Positions 28,048-42,281 of a stretch of 64,000 nt of DNA are shown here, piece by piece. The stretch is from Octopus vulgaris (Eukaryota). Each line of letters begins with the position of its first letter. The first letter of the stretch is position 1. A model generated the notes under the pieces. That model was not told the origin of the DNA. It searched no databases and saw only the letters and a list, made by a program, of their open reading frames with translations. Location of the stretch: NCBI GenBank assembly GCA_951406725.2, contig OX597818.1, forward strand, positions 138,136,001 through 138,200,000, in the 5' to 3' direction. Position numbers and translations under genes: made by a program.

Positions 28048-28513
28048 GTGTGTATATAAATATGTGTGTGTGTGTGTTACATGTGTGTGTATTACATTTT
28101 TCCACAATATTTTTGCTTCCCCCTTCACATCTCATCTTCATCTTATTGTACCCCTTTTCTTCTCTTTCCTCCCTTCATCACTCACACACTCTCCCTCTCT
28201 TTCTCTCTCCCTCTCTCTCCCTCTCTTCCTCTCTCTCTCTTCCTCCTTCCTCCCTCCCTTTCCTTCTTTCTTTCCTTCTTTCTTTCCTTCTTTCTTCCTC
28301 TCATTACTTTCCCATCATGTTACATTTGTTGATGGAGTTGGGTTTATTTTTTTTTTGTTTTTGTTTTTGCTTTACTTTTACTTGTTGTTAGAGTTGCTTA
28401 TTTATTCTAATATGTTTACTTGTTTTTGTTTTTTTTTTATTATTATTGTTATTATTTACCCCGCCCCCCCCCCGCTTTTTTTCTGCAGCTATTTTCTTTT
28501 CTCCCTGTTGATT

Positions 28514-28555
<42 letters not shown>

Positions 28556-28745
28556 ACACACACACATACACATACACACCTACACATACACAAATGTATG
28601 CGCCTCCATACATATAATGTGTACATGCCTATATATATGTGTGTGTGCGTGTGTGTCTGTGTGTGTGTGTGTGTGTGTGTGCATACATATCTATTCATGT
28701 ACATACATATATATAAGCACGTGTATATATCTGTGTATGCATGAG

Positions 28746-28781
<36 letters not shown>

Positions 28782-28809
28782 TTTTATATACATATATATA
28801 TACATACAT

Positions 28810-28871
<62 letters not shown>

Positions 28872-28899
28872 TTTTATATACATATATATATACATACAT

Positions 28900-28975
<76 letters not shown>

Positions 28976-28994
28976 CATATATATATACATACAT

Positions 28995-29058
<64 letters not shown>

Positions 29059-29308
29059 TTTTATATACATATATATATACATACATACACATATATATAT
29101 ATATATATATATATGTACACGTTCATACATATATATGTTCATACATATATATGCAAGTGTATATATGTGTGTGTGTGTGTATATGTCTACATGTGTGTCT
29201 TCTGAGAACATTCTCTCTCTCTCTCTCTCTCTCTCTTTCATTTCTCTCCCTCTCTCTCACTCTTTCATTCACTCTTTCTGTCTTTCACTTTCTGTCTCTC
29301 CCTGTCAG

Positions 29309-29343
<35 letters not shown>

Positions 29344-29708
29344 ATACGATCATTTCTTTCTCTCCTTACAGGCTTTAATACATTTAATACACTTGCCTTC
29401 ATTCTCTCCCTCTCTTTTTCTTTCTCTCTCTCTCTCTCTCTCTTACTCACTCACTCTCCTTCTCTCCTTTTCTCTCTCCCCCATCCGCCCTCTTTTATAT
29501 CTCCTTCTTTCTCCAAAACCACTGCCCTCCATCATCAGCCCCACCATTCCACGAAACAGTCACATTAAACACGTCATTGTGGGTTCGCATGTCATACACG
29601 TCGCCCCTTTTCTAGTTTCTGTTTTGTTTATTTTCGTTCAAACAGCCTAACGGGACGGCAGGCGAGACTGTACGGAACTACAAGGAAAATACCTTCAGAC
29701 AGCAGCAC

Positions 29709-29788
<80 letters not shown>

Positions 29789-30557
29789 TTGGTGATGGTA
29801 TTCCTCAAGTAAATACGGGCCCGTACGGAAGGGTTCTGCAAATTTTCGGCTCATATATAGATATACAACTATTTATATACACATATACTTTCATACATAC
29901 ATACATACATACATACACTCATACATACACATACATACATACATACATACATACATACATACATACATACACACATACATACATACATACATACATACAT
30001 ACATACATACATACATACATACACACACATACACTCATATACACATACATATATATATATGTATGTATATATATATATATAGTTTGTTTACACAGTCTGT
30101 TATACACCCTGTCACTTACGATAAGGAAATTGTAAAACCGACACACATACACACACGCGCGCGCTCGCACGTGTCAGTAACAACAGAATATTAATATTTC
30201 TGGGACTTCCCTGTACGTCAACACACAAATCTAATATTATATATAGATATACATTTATATATATATACATATGTATGCATATATATATGTTTGTGTATAA
30301 AGTGAAAGTGTAAAGAGCAAGGAGCGGAGAAGAAGCAGACGGGCTTATTGTAAGTTAGAAAAAAAAAGCAGGGATTGTTTAAAGAAAAAGAAAAAAGCGA
30401 CAGACAGACAGACAGAGATATGTACGAGGAGGATTTTACACGTTTTAATACACGACTGCTACGGATTTTCACGACGGCATGTTTATATCGAGGTTTGTAG
30501 AATTACAGTAAAAACGCATACGCGCACACACGCACATAGACACGCGCATACACATAC

Positions 30558-31006
30558 GAGCTGGCAGAAACGTTAGCACGCCGGGCGAAATGCGTAGCCG
30601 TATTTCGTCTGCCGTTACGTTCTCAGTTCAAATTCCGCCGAGGTCGACTTTGCCTTTCATCCTTTCGAGGGGTAGATAAATTAAGTACCAGTTACGCACT
30701 ACTGTGGTCGATATAATCGACTTAATCCGTTTGTCTGTCCTTATTTGTCTTCTCTGTGTTTAGCCCCTTGTGGGTAGTAAAGAAATAAGAAACGTTAGCA
30801 CGCCGGGCGAAATGCGTAGCCGTATTTCGTCTGCCGTTACGTTCTCAGTTCAAATTCCGCCGAGGTCGTCTTTGCCTTTCATCCTTTCGAGGGGTCGATA
30901 AATTAAGTACCAGTTACGCACAGGGGTCGATATAATCGACTTAATACCTATGTCTGTCCTTGTTTGTCCCCTCTATGTTTAGCCCCTTGTGGGGAGTAAA
31001 GAAATA
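30558..31006 (+). mobile_element. Tandem dimer of SINE family 1 (tail 1 + tail 1)
   Basis: The second unit restarts at agaaacgttagcacg (about 30788). Both units share the variants ttctcagttc and tttcgagggg. Confidence 0.85.
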
Positions 31007-31187
31007 TATATATGTACACATACAAGCGCATATTTATATATGTACACGTACACGCGCGTATTTATATATGCATATGCATGTACACATCGCTTAATACATA
31101 CATGCAGACATATTTTTTTTTTATGTATTTATATACACAGAATAATCTTCAAAGTGAAACATTATGTATATATATATATGTGCGTAT

Positions 31188-31287
31188 NNNNNNNNNNNNN
31201 NNNNNNNNNNNNNNNNNNNNNNNNNNNNNNNNNNNNNNNNNNNNNNNNNNNNNNNNNNNNNNNNNNNNNNNNNNNNNNNNNNNNNNN
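31188..31287. other. Assembly gap (100 N)
   Basis: Run of N. Both flanks carry atatatgtgcgtat, suggesting overlapping contig ends. Confidence 0.99.
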
Positions 31288-31653
31288 ATATATGTGCGTA
31301 TTATTTATCGATATCATTGATTTTAAGCTATTCATATTCGTATGTATACAGAAGTCTGTTTAGACATATGTGCATTCTTACGCACACACTAACACACATA
31401 CATACACATGTATATATGCCCACACACATGCCTGCATTCTTATACACACACACACACACACACGCACTATTTACAAACTAATAAGTGTGTATTGTATACG
31501 TAACGGTAAATATAACATACAAGCATAAACACGCACATACTCTCTACCATAAACATACACAGACACACAAACATACACACACATACGCATACACACCCGC
31601 ATTCATATATACATACATACATACACACTGTTATAGTGCAATATATATGTCGT

Positions 31654-32022
31654 GGCACTCCGTCGGTTACGACGACGAGGGTTCCAGTTGATCCGATCAA
31701 CGGAACAGCCTGCTCGTGAAATTAACGTGCAAGTGGCTGAGCACTCCACAGACACGTGTACCCTTAACGTAGTTCTCGGGGAGATTCAGCGTGACACTGG
31801 GTGTGACAAGGCTAGCCCTGTGAAATGCAAGTACAACAGAAACAAGAAGAAAGAGTTGTGGTGAAAGAGTACAGCAGGGTTCGATACCACCCCCTACCGG
31901 AACGTCGTGGAGCTTTAGGCGTTTTTGCCCAATAAACACCCACAAAGCCCGGTCTGGGAATCGAAACCGTGATCCTACGACCGCGAGGCCACTGCCCTAA
32001 CCACTGGGCCATTGCGCCTCCA
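31654..32022 (-). mobile_element. SINE family 3, full length
   Basis: Reverse complement of the 10227-10606 element. Confidence 0.85.
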
Positions 32023-32548
32023 CTGTATATGTACACAGGGTTCGAACCCTACTGAATGCAACTTTGCCTTTCGCGGGATTTGCGGGGTCTGGAATATTCT
32101 GTGGGTCAACGAAAAATAACTAATGCATGCGAGTGGATTGGTGAAACATTAAGAACGACGTCGGACTAGATGCCTTGCGGTAATTCTTCCGGGTCTTTGC
32201 GTTCTGGTTTCAAATCGTCCCGTGGGGTACTTGGATGGTAGTCCCAACCCGTCCGTCAATCGGTTTAATATCACAATCTGGTATATTTGGTACCTCCAGT
32301 GAAGTCCGCTCTGTTGTAAACATTTAAAAAAATTTAGGGTCCATTTGACAATACCTCCTTCCTTTCCTACTACCCATCAGTGTTTGAGGCCCCGGAGTCT
32401 CTATAAAGAGTGACGGGCTTGTACCTTACCCCCTGCCTAAAAGATAAAGGGAAAAATTATTCCACTAACATATCCGCTAAGTTACGGGAACGTAAACACA
32501 CCACCATTGGCTGCCAAATATATATTATATATATATTATATATATGTA

Positions 32549-32608
<60 letters not shown>

Positions 32609-33072
32609 AACATACACGCACACATACACGTTGACATAATTGCGTTGTGCTCACAAACGCGTATACTTACTAAAACTACCTCATACATACCGACACACAA
32701 ACACACAGACATACACACGTAGACACATATAGACATATTCCACACACATGCAGACGTATTCCTCTCACGCATACACATACGTTCATGCAAACATACATAC
32801 ATACATACATGTACACTAATACACACATTCCCACACAGACGCACACATATTTAAAAACATGCATGCATGTACACATATACATAAACACACATATACATAT
32901 ACATGTAACATTTGATTCCTATACACATACACATACATATATAGATACATGCCTACATACACACACATACATAAACACACACACGCACAAATATATATAT
33001 AAATATATATATGTGTGTGTGTATGTATATATGTATGTATGTATATGTATATATATATATTATATACGTATG

Positions 33073-33105
<33 letters not shown>

Positions 33106-33263
33106 ATGTATACATACACACACACACACACACGTATCGCGGATGATTCCCAGAAAATATTTCATGTCATTTCCTTTTGCCAAATGTTGCTTTTTATCAT
33201 AGTTTTGTATTGTTTTATCATCCTCATCATCATCACCACCACCATCATCATCATCACCACCAC

Positions 33264-33299
<36 letters not shown>

Positions 33300-33639
33300 T
33301 ATTATTATTTTCTCCCGATTCCAAAACCCGCCGAGGTCAAATTTAACAGTTGAGAGAGATCGATGAAGTATAGAGAGTCAGATGAAATCACTTTGGGTCG
33401 ATATAAACGACTACACTGCACTCATTACATCGACATGTAAAAGTCAGGTGACATTACGTTCTGAGTTCAAATCCTACCGAGATCAACTTTGACGTTTATC
33501 TTTTCCCTGAAAATAAAATAAAATTCCAATGCACATTAAAATATAATCGATTTAATCGGTTAAATCGATTTAATCACCCGTATCCCGCCTTCTTTCCCTC
33601 TTCTTCCTTCGTCTGTGTCACGTTAATACAAGAAATTAC

Positions 33640-33642
33640 TAG

Positions 33643-33738
<96 letters not shown>

Positions 33739-33779
33739 CATTATTATTATCATTTATTATTATTATCATTATTATTATC

Positions 33780-33839
<60 letters not shown>

Positions 33840-33840
33840 A

Positions 33841-33903
<63 letters not shown>

Positions 33904-34139
33904 GAAGGCGGTGGGCTGGCAGAAATTGTTAGCACGCTGGACGAAATGCTTAGCGGTATTTCGCTCGTCGCTACGTTCTGAGTTCAAATTCCGCCGAGGT
34001 CAATTTTACCTTTCATCCCTTCGGGGTCAATAAATTAAGTACCAGTTGAGTACTAGGATCGATGTAATCGACTTAATCTCTCCCCAAAATTTCAGACCTT
34101 GTGCCTATAAAAGAAAGGATTATTATTATTATTATTATA

Positions 34140-34219
<80 letters not shown>

Positions 34220-34432
34220 GGCGGCGTGGTGGCAGACTCGTTAGCACGTCGGGCTAAATGCCTAGCGGTATTTCGCCCGTCGCTACGTTCTGAGTTCAAA
34301 TTCCGCCGAAATGAACTTTGCCTTTCATCCTTTCAGGGTCGATAAATTAAGTACTAGTTGAACACTGGGGGTCGCTGTAATCGACTAGTCCCATCCCCAC
34401 AAATTTGAGGCCTTGTGTCCTCAGTAGAAGGG

Positions 34433-34507
<75 letters not shown>

Positions 34508-34510
34508 TTT
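33640..34510 (+). mobile_element. (TTA)n tract containing two family 1 SINEs with tail type 2 (33905-34121, 34219-34434)
   Basis: Both copies begin (tta)n-aggcgg and end gg(att)n. Confidence 0.85.
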
Positions 34511-34884
34511 AGGATTTTCTTTCTATTTTTTTTTAATATTTTACTATTTTTCTTTTGCTTTGTCTGCAGTAAAGAATGTTCGGGATGAAATCAATAACAA
34601 CCACAAGGACAACAACTACTACTACTATTACAACAACAACAACAATGGATTATCGTTTCCTGGAGGATATTCTGACATCACGAAGACATTCTGAAAGACC
34701 GGAAGTTTTTTATTAGACATTAAACAGGGTGCAACAGACACCGAGTAGCACCGACACCACACCACACCACTCCACCACCAAAAATACTACCGCCACTGCT
34801 ACCTCAACCATTACTATAGCTACAACACCCTACACCACCACCCCCAACATCGCTACAACCGCCGCCACCAGCACAAACATCATC

Positions 34885-34935
<51 letters not shown>

Positions 34936-35657
34936 GTAACTAACGCTATCACCTGTTTTCATTCTCGTGGCCTACTATCAATATTATCGTCACCTCCAAT
35001 AGCTTCACTAACACCACCACTACTGCCACCACAACACCACCAATATTACCACTAACACCACCACCACCACCACCACCTATACTAATAACACCACCGCCAT
35101 TATTATCACTAAAAAACCCACCACCACCGCCTTTGCAATATCACCACTGTTATCACTAATATCGCTGATATCGCCACGCCGCCATCAACAACACTGTCCT
35201 AAACGTGAAATAAAGGAACTGCTCTCGTTTGAACTCCGTTCGCCTGCATTTCTTTGTAGTGTACGTTACCACAGCAACCACCGGATCCACTATCACTATT
35301 TTCACCATCATCGCAGCAATCACTACAGTAATATTTGCCAAACAACAATAACTACAACAAATCCATCATCATCATCATCATAACCGTAGTCACAACATTA
35401 TCTGCTACCATCGCAATTAAACTGTCCCTGACACAACTACAAACACCAACACCACCACAACCACAGCAACGCTGTCCGACCACTATTTACTACCACCTAT
35501 ACCCATGTACCGACGACAGAGGACTTATCTGCCACGATTTATCCGAGCGAAGAGAATGGACGGAAGATAGACGGAAGATAGAAGAGTAGAGAAGGACGAA
35601 TAGAGTGACGGGAGGGAAGGAAGACACAGACAGAAAGAAAGAGGGAAGATAGAGACA

Positions 35658-35700
<43 letters not shown>

Positions 35701-35706
35701 AAACAA

Positions 35707-35774
<68 letters not shown>

Positions 35775-35780
35775 AAAATT

Positions 35781-36512
35781 ATGGGGTTCGAATTAGAGAA
35801 ATTCGTGTCTACGGTGGAAGACGAAAAAAAATGTAAACTCTGCTCGGGTGTTTTGGAAAATCCTCTTCGTACCCCGTGTGGGCATGTGTTCTGCTCTGGG
35901 TGTATTGTACCGTGGATCATTAGGAACGGTTCATGTCCGGAAAACTGTACTCCGGGTGTTTTTTTACGTCCGGAAAATCTCGAAGCGGTTGTTCCGTTAC
36001 AACAATTGATATCCGATATGCAGGTAAAGTGTGAGTTTGCTGATCGCGGTTGTCCTTTGATAGTACCGCTAACCATGATGGTAAACCATTCCCAAAGTTG
36101 CGGTTATCGCCCGCTCTGCTGCCGTAATCCAGGTTGTTCGACCGTGGTTAACGCCCGCCATTTAACCACACACGAATTACACGAATGCGGGAGCCGCACC
36201 GTGGGCATATGCGACAAAGGGTGCGATCTTGTGCTGCAACAGAGATCGGTCGACTGTCACGAATGTGTGCAAGCCCTGAAGAGTCATATTGCCGAGAAGG
36301 AAGTGAGAAGTGGCGCTCTGGAGGCGGAGATGCGCCGCCTTCAGGCCAAGTTTACCAAGCGAGAGAAAACACTGCTTGAAGAGATCGCCCTGTTACACAG
36401 CGACGTGCAAATACAGGCTTTGAAATTCCAGCAGAAATTGAACCTCTATCGTCTCCAGTTGAACAACATCTCGCTATTGAATAACAACAACAATAACAAC
36501 AACAACAACAAT

Positions 36513-36552
<40 letters not shown>

Positions 36553-36923
36553 GTAGTGATATTAACGGCTATAACAACTACAAAGACAATAATAACTGCA
36601 AGCGTAATAACAACAACATCAATTTCAGTAACAAATGTATTGGAACTAAAGACTACGACGACATCAACACCAGCATCACCGGCGGCTGCTGTAGTAGCGG
36701 TAACAGTAGCAGCCACCACAACGGCGGCGGTGACAATAATACCAAGGAAGCTAGCAGTGGAATCAGTAGTATTAGTAGTAGTAGTAGTAGCAGCAGCAGC
36801 AGTAGTAGTAGTGGTAGTAGCGGCAGTAGTAGTGGTGGTGGTTGTGATACTATCAGCAGTAATTGTAGTAGTGGTAGTAGTGGTTGTCAATCTAACTACA
36901 ACAGTGACGAACAACAACAAAAG
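35781..36923 (+). CDS. PDZRN3/4-like: First coding exon of a PDZ domain-containing RING finger protein (PDZRN3/PDZRN4, LNX3/4 family) E3 ubiquitin ligase; 381 codons, phase-0 donor
   Basis: The translation MGFELEKF...[28 protein letters not shown]...GSCPENC matches the N-terminus of vertebrate PDZRN3 as I recall it (MGFELDRF...[28 protein letters not shown]...GSCPARC), including the C-x3-C end of the RING. A TRAF/SIAH-type zinc finger follows, then a coiled coil KREKTLL...[10 protein letters not shown]. The donor AAG|gtaagt is at 36923/36924. The PDZ exons were not found in the window. Confidence 0.93.
36480..36551 (+). repeat. Coding (AAC/AAT)24 repeat encoding poly-Asn within the PDZRN exon
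   Basis: 72 nt of aac/aat codons in frame with the RING ORF. Confidence 0.9.
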
Positions 36924-36981
36924 GTAAGTTTATACAAATAATAAATATATATATGTGTGTGTATATATGTATGTATATATG

Positions 36982-37173
<192 letters not shown>

Positions 37174-37303
37174 ATATATATATATGTATGTATATACATA
37201 TATATATATATATAGCTTTGTTATTGTTACTGTTCGTGTTGTCATCTTTATTTAAACTTATTTTGTCGCTGGCAATTTTATTTACTGTTTGTGCGTGTGC
37301 GTG

Positions 37304-37359
<56 letters not shown>

Positions 37360-37495
37360 GTTGTTTTTGTTGTTGTTGTTTCTATGTCAAGTTATTTATA
37401 GAAAAAAAAAAAAAACAATTTAACGCATTAAACTGAAGAATTACGCAATACGTTTTAGTAGAATACACGTTTATTTACAGTGTTAGAAGACAGTT

Positions 37496-37580
37496 GACAG
37501 TGACTTCGAAACTTCGACTCGCTTGTTTTCATCGGACTGTCCGATAGAAGCAAGTCTACGAACACTTCGAAGTCACTGTC
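37496..37580. other. 85-nt imperfect hairpin in the first intron after the PDZRN coding exon
   Basis: Perfect 15-bp base (gacagtgacttcgaa / ttcgaagtcactgtc); inner ttcg/cgaa, gcttg/caagt and atcgga/tccgat with a 3-nt loop. Confidence 0.7.
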
Positions 37581-37959
37581 GCTCTCTTCTTGTAAAAGTT
37601 TAATAAATAGATATTGTTGTTGTTCTTGTCGTTGTTGTTATTGTTGTTGTTCGTCTGAAGTGCTGTCCAGTACATTAATGTCCGGTGCACTGCGGCACCG
37701 TTAAACCTCGTCCTAAGTTCCTGGTTTCAAATCCCATGCGAGGGTCTCCGATTTTCTTTTCGACCCTCCGAACGTCATTAAAAATAAGTACCTGTCATAT
37801 GCTGGGCTCAATTTAACCAATCATACTCCACCCTAAAATAGAGTGTGACCTCCTACCTATGTTAGACTTCATTCGAAGTGGGCCCTAAATCTTCATGGCA
37901 ACCCCTATGGTTGACTCTTATAAGAGTGGATTTTTTTCTTGTTTTGTTCTTTATTATTA

Positions 37960-38165
37960 TTTGAAAGGTGGGTGGATGTGGCGAGGATGACCCGAGTGTC
38001 GTTCCCCCACCCCTCAATTGAGTATTTTGTTTGTTAATTTTTTTTGTTTCTCTTTGCAAATTGTCACTCTTTCGTTGTTTACATGTTTTTATGTAAAACC
38101 CACTCTTTTGCTGTTTTCGTATTATTCTGAATATTTATTGGCCCTTGCGGCCAATAAAGAAAGAA
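37960..38165 (+). mobile_element. LINE-like 3' end remnant (probable L1/Tx1 type)
   Basis: Short frame ERWVDVARMTRV, then a T-rich 3' UTR ending ggcccttgcggccaataaagaaa; a similar end occurs at 62670-62846. Confidence 0.4.
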
Positions 38166-38371
38166 TTGTTATTATTTATTGTTATTTATTTATTATTATT
38201 TTGTTGTTGTTATTGATATCACTATAGTACTTGATATAAAGTTCTACACACACACACACACGTGCATACGCACACACACACACATTGTATGCCCTTCTTG
38301 AAATGTAACCAGCATTTCGGCCCTTGTGGCAAATCCCAGATAGTATTATTGTTGCTGTAAAGTCAAAGTCG

Positions 38372-38630
38372 TGGAGGCGCGTGGCTTAGTGGTTAGGGTG
38401 TCAGCATCATGATCGTAAGATTGTGGTTTCGATTCCTGGACCGGGCGACGCGTTGTGCTCTTGAGCAAAACACTTCATTTCACATTGCTCCAGTCCACTC
38501 AGCTGGCAAAAATTAGTAACGCTGCGATGGACTGGCATCTCTTCCAGCTGGGGGGAACACATGCGCCATAGAAACCGGGAAACCGGGCCCACGAGCCTGG
38601 CTAGGCTTTAAAAGGGCGCATTTATTTATT
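38372..38630 (+). mobile_element. SINE family 4, full length
   Basis: A box tggcttagtgg, B box gtttcgattcc, CORE-like cttgagcaaaacacttcatttcac...gctccagtccactcagctg. Confidence 0.85.
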
Positions 38631-38974
38631 TTAAAATCAAAGTCAGAGGTATGACAGTGCATAATAATAACTATTCAGTCTCGTCGCCTTTGCATTCGGG
38701 ATTCAAATCTGACCGACACCAAAATTGTCACTCATCCGACCGCGGGTGAGAGAGTTGTGTTGTGTTTACTCTAGCAGGTACCAGTCATATATTAAAGAAG
38801 GGCCATTATTTTCATATTGTAAACCCCTCCAACAACAAACCTGTGACCCCATGTTACTATACCAACCTGATATTGTTGTCGATATTGTTGGGGGTTATTG
38901 TTTAGCCCCTGGTTGGCCTTGATCAAGTAGACTTACAATCACAGGTATACCTGCAGTTATTGCTTTTTTTTATT

Positions 38975-39192
38975 AAAGCGATGTGTTGGCAGAATCGTTA
39001 GCACGCCAGACGAATTGCTTAGCGGCATTACGTCCGTCTTTAGGTTCTGAGTTCGAATTCCATCGAGGTCGACTTTGCCTTTTATTCTTTCGGGGTCGAT
39101 AAATTACGTACAAGTGGAGTACTGGGTTCGATGAAATCGACTAGTCCCCTTCCCCCGAATTTCAAATCTAGTGTCTATAGTAGAAAGGATTA
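38975..39192 (+). mobile_element. SINE family 1, tail type 2
   Basis: Family 1 head and core plus tagtccccttccccc...tagtagaaaggatt tail. Confidence 0.8.
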
Positions 39193-40261
39193 TTCTTGTC
39201 GTTTTCGTTGTTATTGGTTTTCTTCAACCCCACTTCGACCCTGATCAAGTCAAGCCGACCTATGATCACAGGTGTTTCTGTTAGGATCATAAACCCATCA
39301 TTCAACACCTCAACTCCATACACTACGCACTTACAAGTCCCAGGACAACAATATCCAAAACTGTATGGTATGTGCTTTAAGGTTTGTTTTGACTGCTATT
39401 TCTAGCTGGTCATCGACTTCATGCCTTCGAGGTTACAGGAGTAATGACTGGAATTACAGAACGCTGAACCACTCAACATTATACAGTTCCGTCTCACTAA
39501 GTTCAGGGTTCGAATCCTTTTGAGTTTCACAGTAACACCCAAGGCCCGGGTAGAGGAAATAACTTTCAGTATGGTAACCTTCTAAAAAGTCGTCAGTGTT
39601 GTTATTTTTTAACCCCAGGTCTCCTCTCACCCGAGAAGATTTAAGATTTAAGATTTATGATCAAAGAAGTTCCGGCAAAGACCATCCCTTTTTTTTTTTT
39701 TTTTTTGTACAAACACATGTGTCTGCTACATTACCTCATCCATGCTCTTCTTTCATATAAGGCAGTGTTGAGCAATTTTGAGGGTGATTTGGCTGCTACT
39801 TCTAGCTGGATGAACGATCACATAGAGGCTCTCTTGTTGATTCACTGTTGTTGTTGTTGTTGTCGTCGTCATCATCGTCGTCGTTGTTGATGCTGCTGCT
39901 GTTGTTGTTTAACCCCAAATCACGACACGTCTTTGTAGAGTCCCCACAAAAACAAAGGCTGTTGTTTGGTCCCAGGTCTATGATCAAATGCATTCCAGCC
40001 ATGACAGTCTCGTCTTTTCAAGAGTACATTATACAATGTACTCTCGCGATAATTAAGACAGTAAAGTGTGATCTGAGAGACATTCATTTGGTTGATACTT
40101 TTAGCAGGTCGACTCTTCGCAAAGTGGTTTTCTCAATGTTGTTGTTCTATGTATGTATATATGTATGCATGCATGTATGTGTGCACACATGTATGTACGC
40201 ATTAAGCATGCATGTCCGTATAACATGCATGCATATATATATATCTGTGTGTGTGTGTGTG

Positions 40262-40682
40262 CACATGGCTGTGTGGTAAGAAGTTTGCTTCTAAGCCACA
40301 TGCTTCTGGGTTCAGTCCCGCTGCGTAGCACCTTGGGCAAGTGTCTTCTACCATTGCCTGGGGCCGACCGAAACCTTGAGAGAGGATTTGGTTGACAGAA
40401 ACTGGAAGAAGCCCATCGTGTGTGTGTATATATATATATGTGTGCGTGTGTGTGTGTGTGTGTGTCTGTTGATACCCCACCACCACTTGACAACCGGTGT
40501 TGGTATGTTTACGTCTCCGTAATTTAGCTGGTCGGTAAAAGAGGACCGATAGAATAAGTACTAAGCTTTTAAAAAAATAGGTCCTGGGGTCGAATTCATC
40601 GACTAAAAAAAAAAAACAACGCTTGATGACATTGTCCCAGCAGGGCCGCAGTAAAATGTCTGAAACAAGTAAAAGATAAAAG

Positions 40683-40683
<1 letters not shown>
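40262..40683 (+). mobile_element. SINE family 2, diverged
   Basis: catggctgtgtggtaag head, internal (TG/TA)n, gaaacaagtaaaaga end. Confidence 0.8.
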
Positions 40684-40729
<46 letters not shown>

Positions 40730-41350
40730 TGTGTGTACAAACTCGCCCGCTGTGCATGGACTTTGTATAAGCATAGCCCGAACACTCACACACGTACACA
40801 CAAACACAAGCACACGTGCGCCTCGTAAACAAGTGTTTTGGTGTCACCGTCTAACGCTAATAGAATATCGAACGAGCCACTGCTAGACATAGCGCTCAAT
40901 CCATCTCCTGCCTACTGTTTCATAAGAAAAAAAAAAAAGGGAAGGACACATTAGATAATATACCTCTGTATACTCTGAAGTGGACAGCAAGGTCACAGCT
41001 GTCAAGCTACATCTGTCGGATTATAATTAACATAGAACTCATTAAAAACATTAGAAGCACACACACACACGCACACCTTGACCACACACTCACAAAGACG
41101 TACATATATACATACACACACATTCATGCATACATACATACATACATACATACATACATACATACATACACACACATTTATTCATGCATACATACATACA
41201 TACATACATAACGCGCGCGAATATTATCAGCTCTCTAGCTTCTACACACTCACAGACTTACACACATACACAAATCCGTGTGCATCAATTCATTGCGGGT
41301 ATCTTTCTGTACATCTACTCCACACATACAATACAGCACAAATACATGGC

Positions 41351-41413
<63 letters not shown>

Positions 41414-41564
41414 GTCTGCCTAAATTGTTGTCGAACACACAGATACAGGAAGGAGGGAACCACTTCAGTGAATGAAAACGACGTGCTCTTTTGCGCGCGT
41501 CTTGGGTTTGTATGAGCCTATAAAATGTTCCCTACCTATCGCGGCTCTGCGTACGCTGTTCTAT

Positions 41565-41980
41565 ACTCTTTACTCTCTCTTTTACTTGTTTCAGTCATTT
41601 GACTGCGGCCATGCTGGAGCACCGCCTTTAATCGAGCACATCGACCCCGGAACTTATTCTTTGAAAGCCCAGTACTTATTCTATCGGTCTCTTATGCCGA
41701 ACCGCTAGGTGACGGGGACGTAAACACACCAGCATCGGTTGTCAAGCAATGCTAGGGGGACAAACACAAGCACACAAACACACACACATACACACATATA
41801 TATATATATACATATATACGACAGGCTTCTTTCAGTTTCCGTCTACCAAATCCACTCACAAGGCATTGGTCGGCCCGGGGCTATAGCAGAAGACACTTGC
41901 CCAAGATGTCACGCAGTGGGACTGAACCCGGAACCATGGGGTTGGTTAGCAAGCTACTTACCACACAGCCACTCCTTCGC
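41565..41980 (-). mobile_element. SINE family 2, full length
   Basis: Same consensus as 25318-25725. Confidence 0.85.
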
Positions 41981-42249
41981 CTATATATGTATTTCTTTAC
42001 TATCCACAAGGGGCTAAACATAGAGGAGACAAATAAGGATAGACAAAGGGATTAAGTCGATTACATCGACCCAGTGCGAAACTGGTACTTTATTTATCGA
42101 CCCCGAGAAGATGAAAGGCAAAGTCGACCTCGGCGCCTGTCTGTGTTTTAGCTCTATGACACGACTGTGCGCATGTGTGTGTGTGTGTGCATAACATCGA
42201 CACAAAGGTCTAATTCGTGTCTATGTAGACATACACACGCTCGCGCACG

Positions 42250-42276
<27 letters not shown>

Positions 42277-42281
<5 letters not shown>

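Noticed and set aside
31170-31305. Direct repeat atatatgtgcgtat flanking the N run as a TSD
   Set aside because: More simply explained by overlapping contig ends at a scaffold gap.
36924-36941. ORF-track extension VSLYK* making a single-exon 386-aa protein
   Set aside because: It begins at a consensus gtaagt donor, and the family has downstream PDZ domains, so this is intron read-through.
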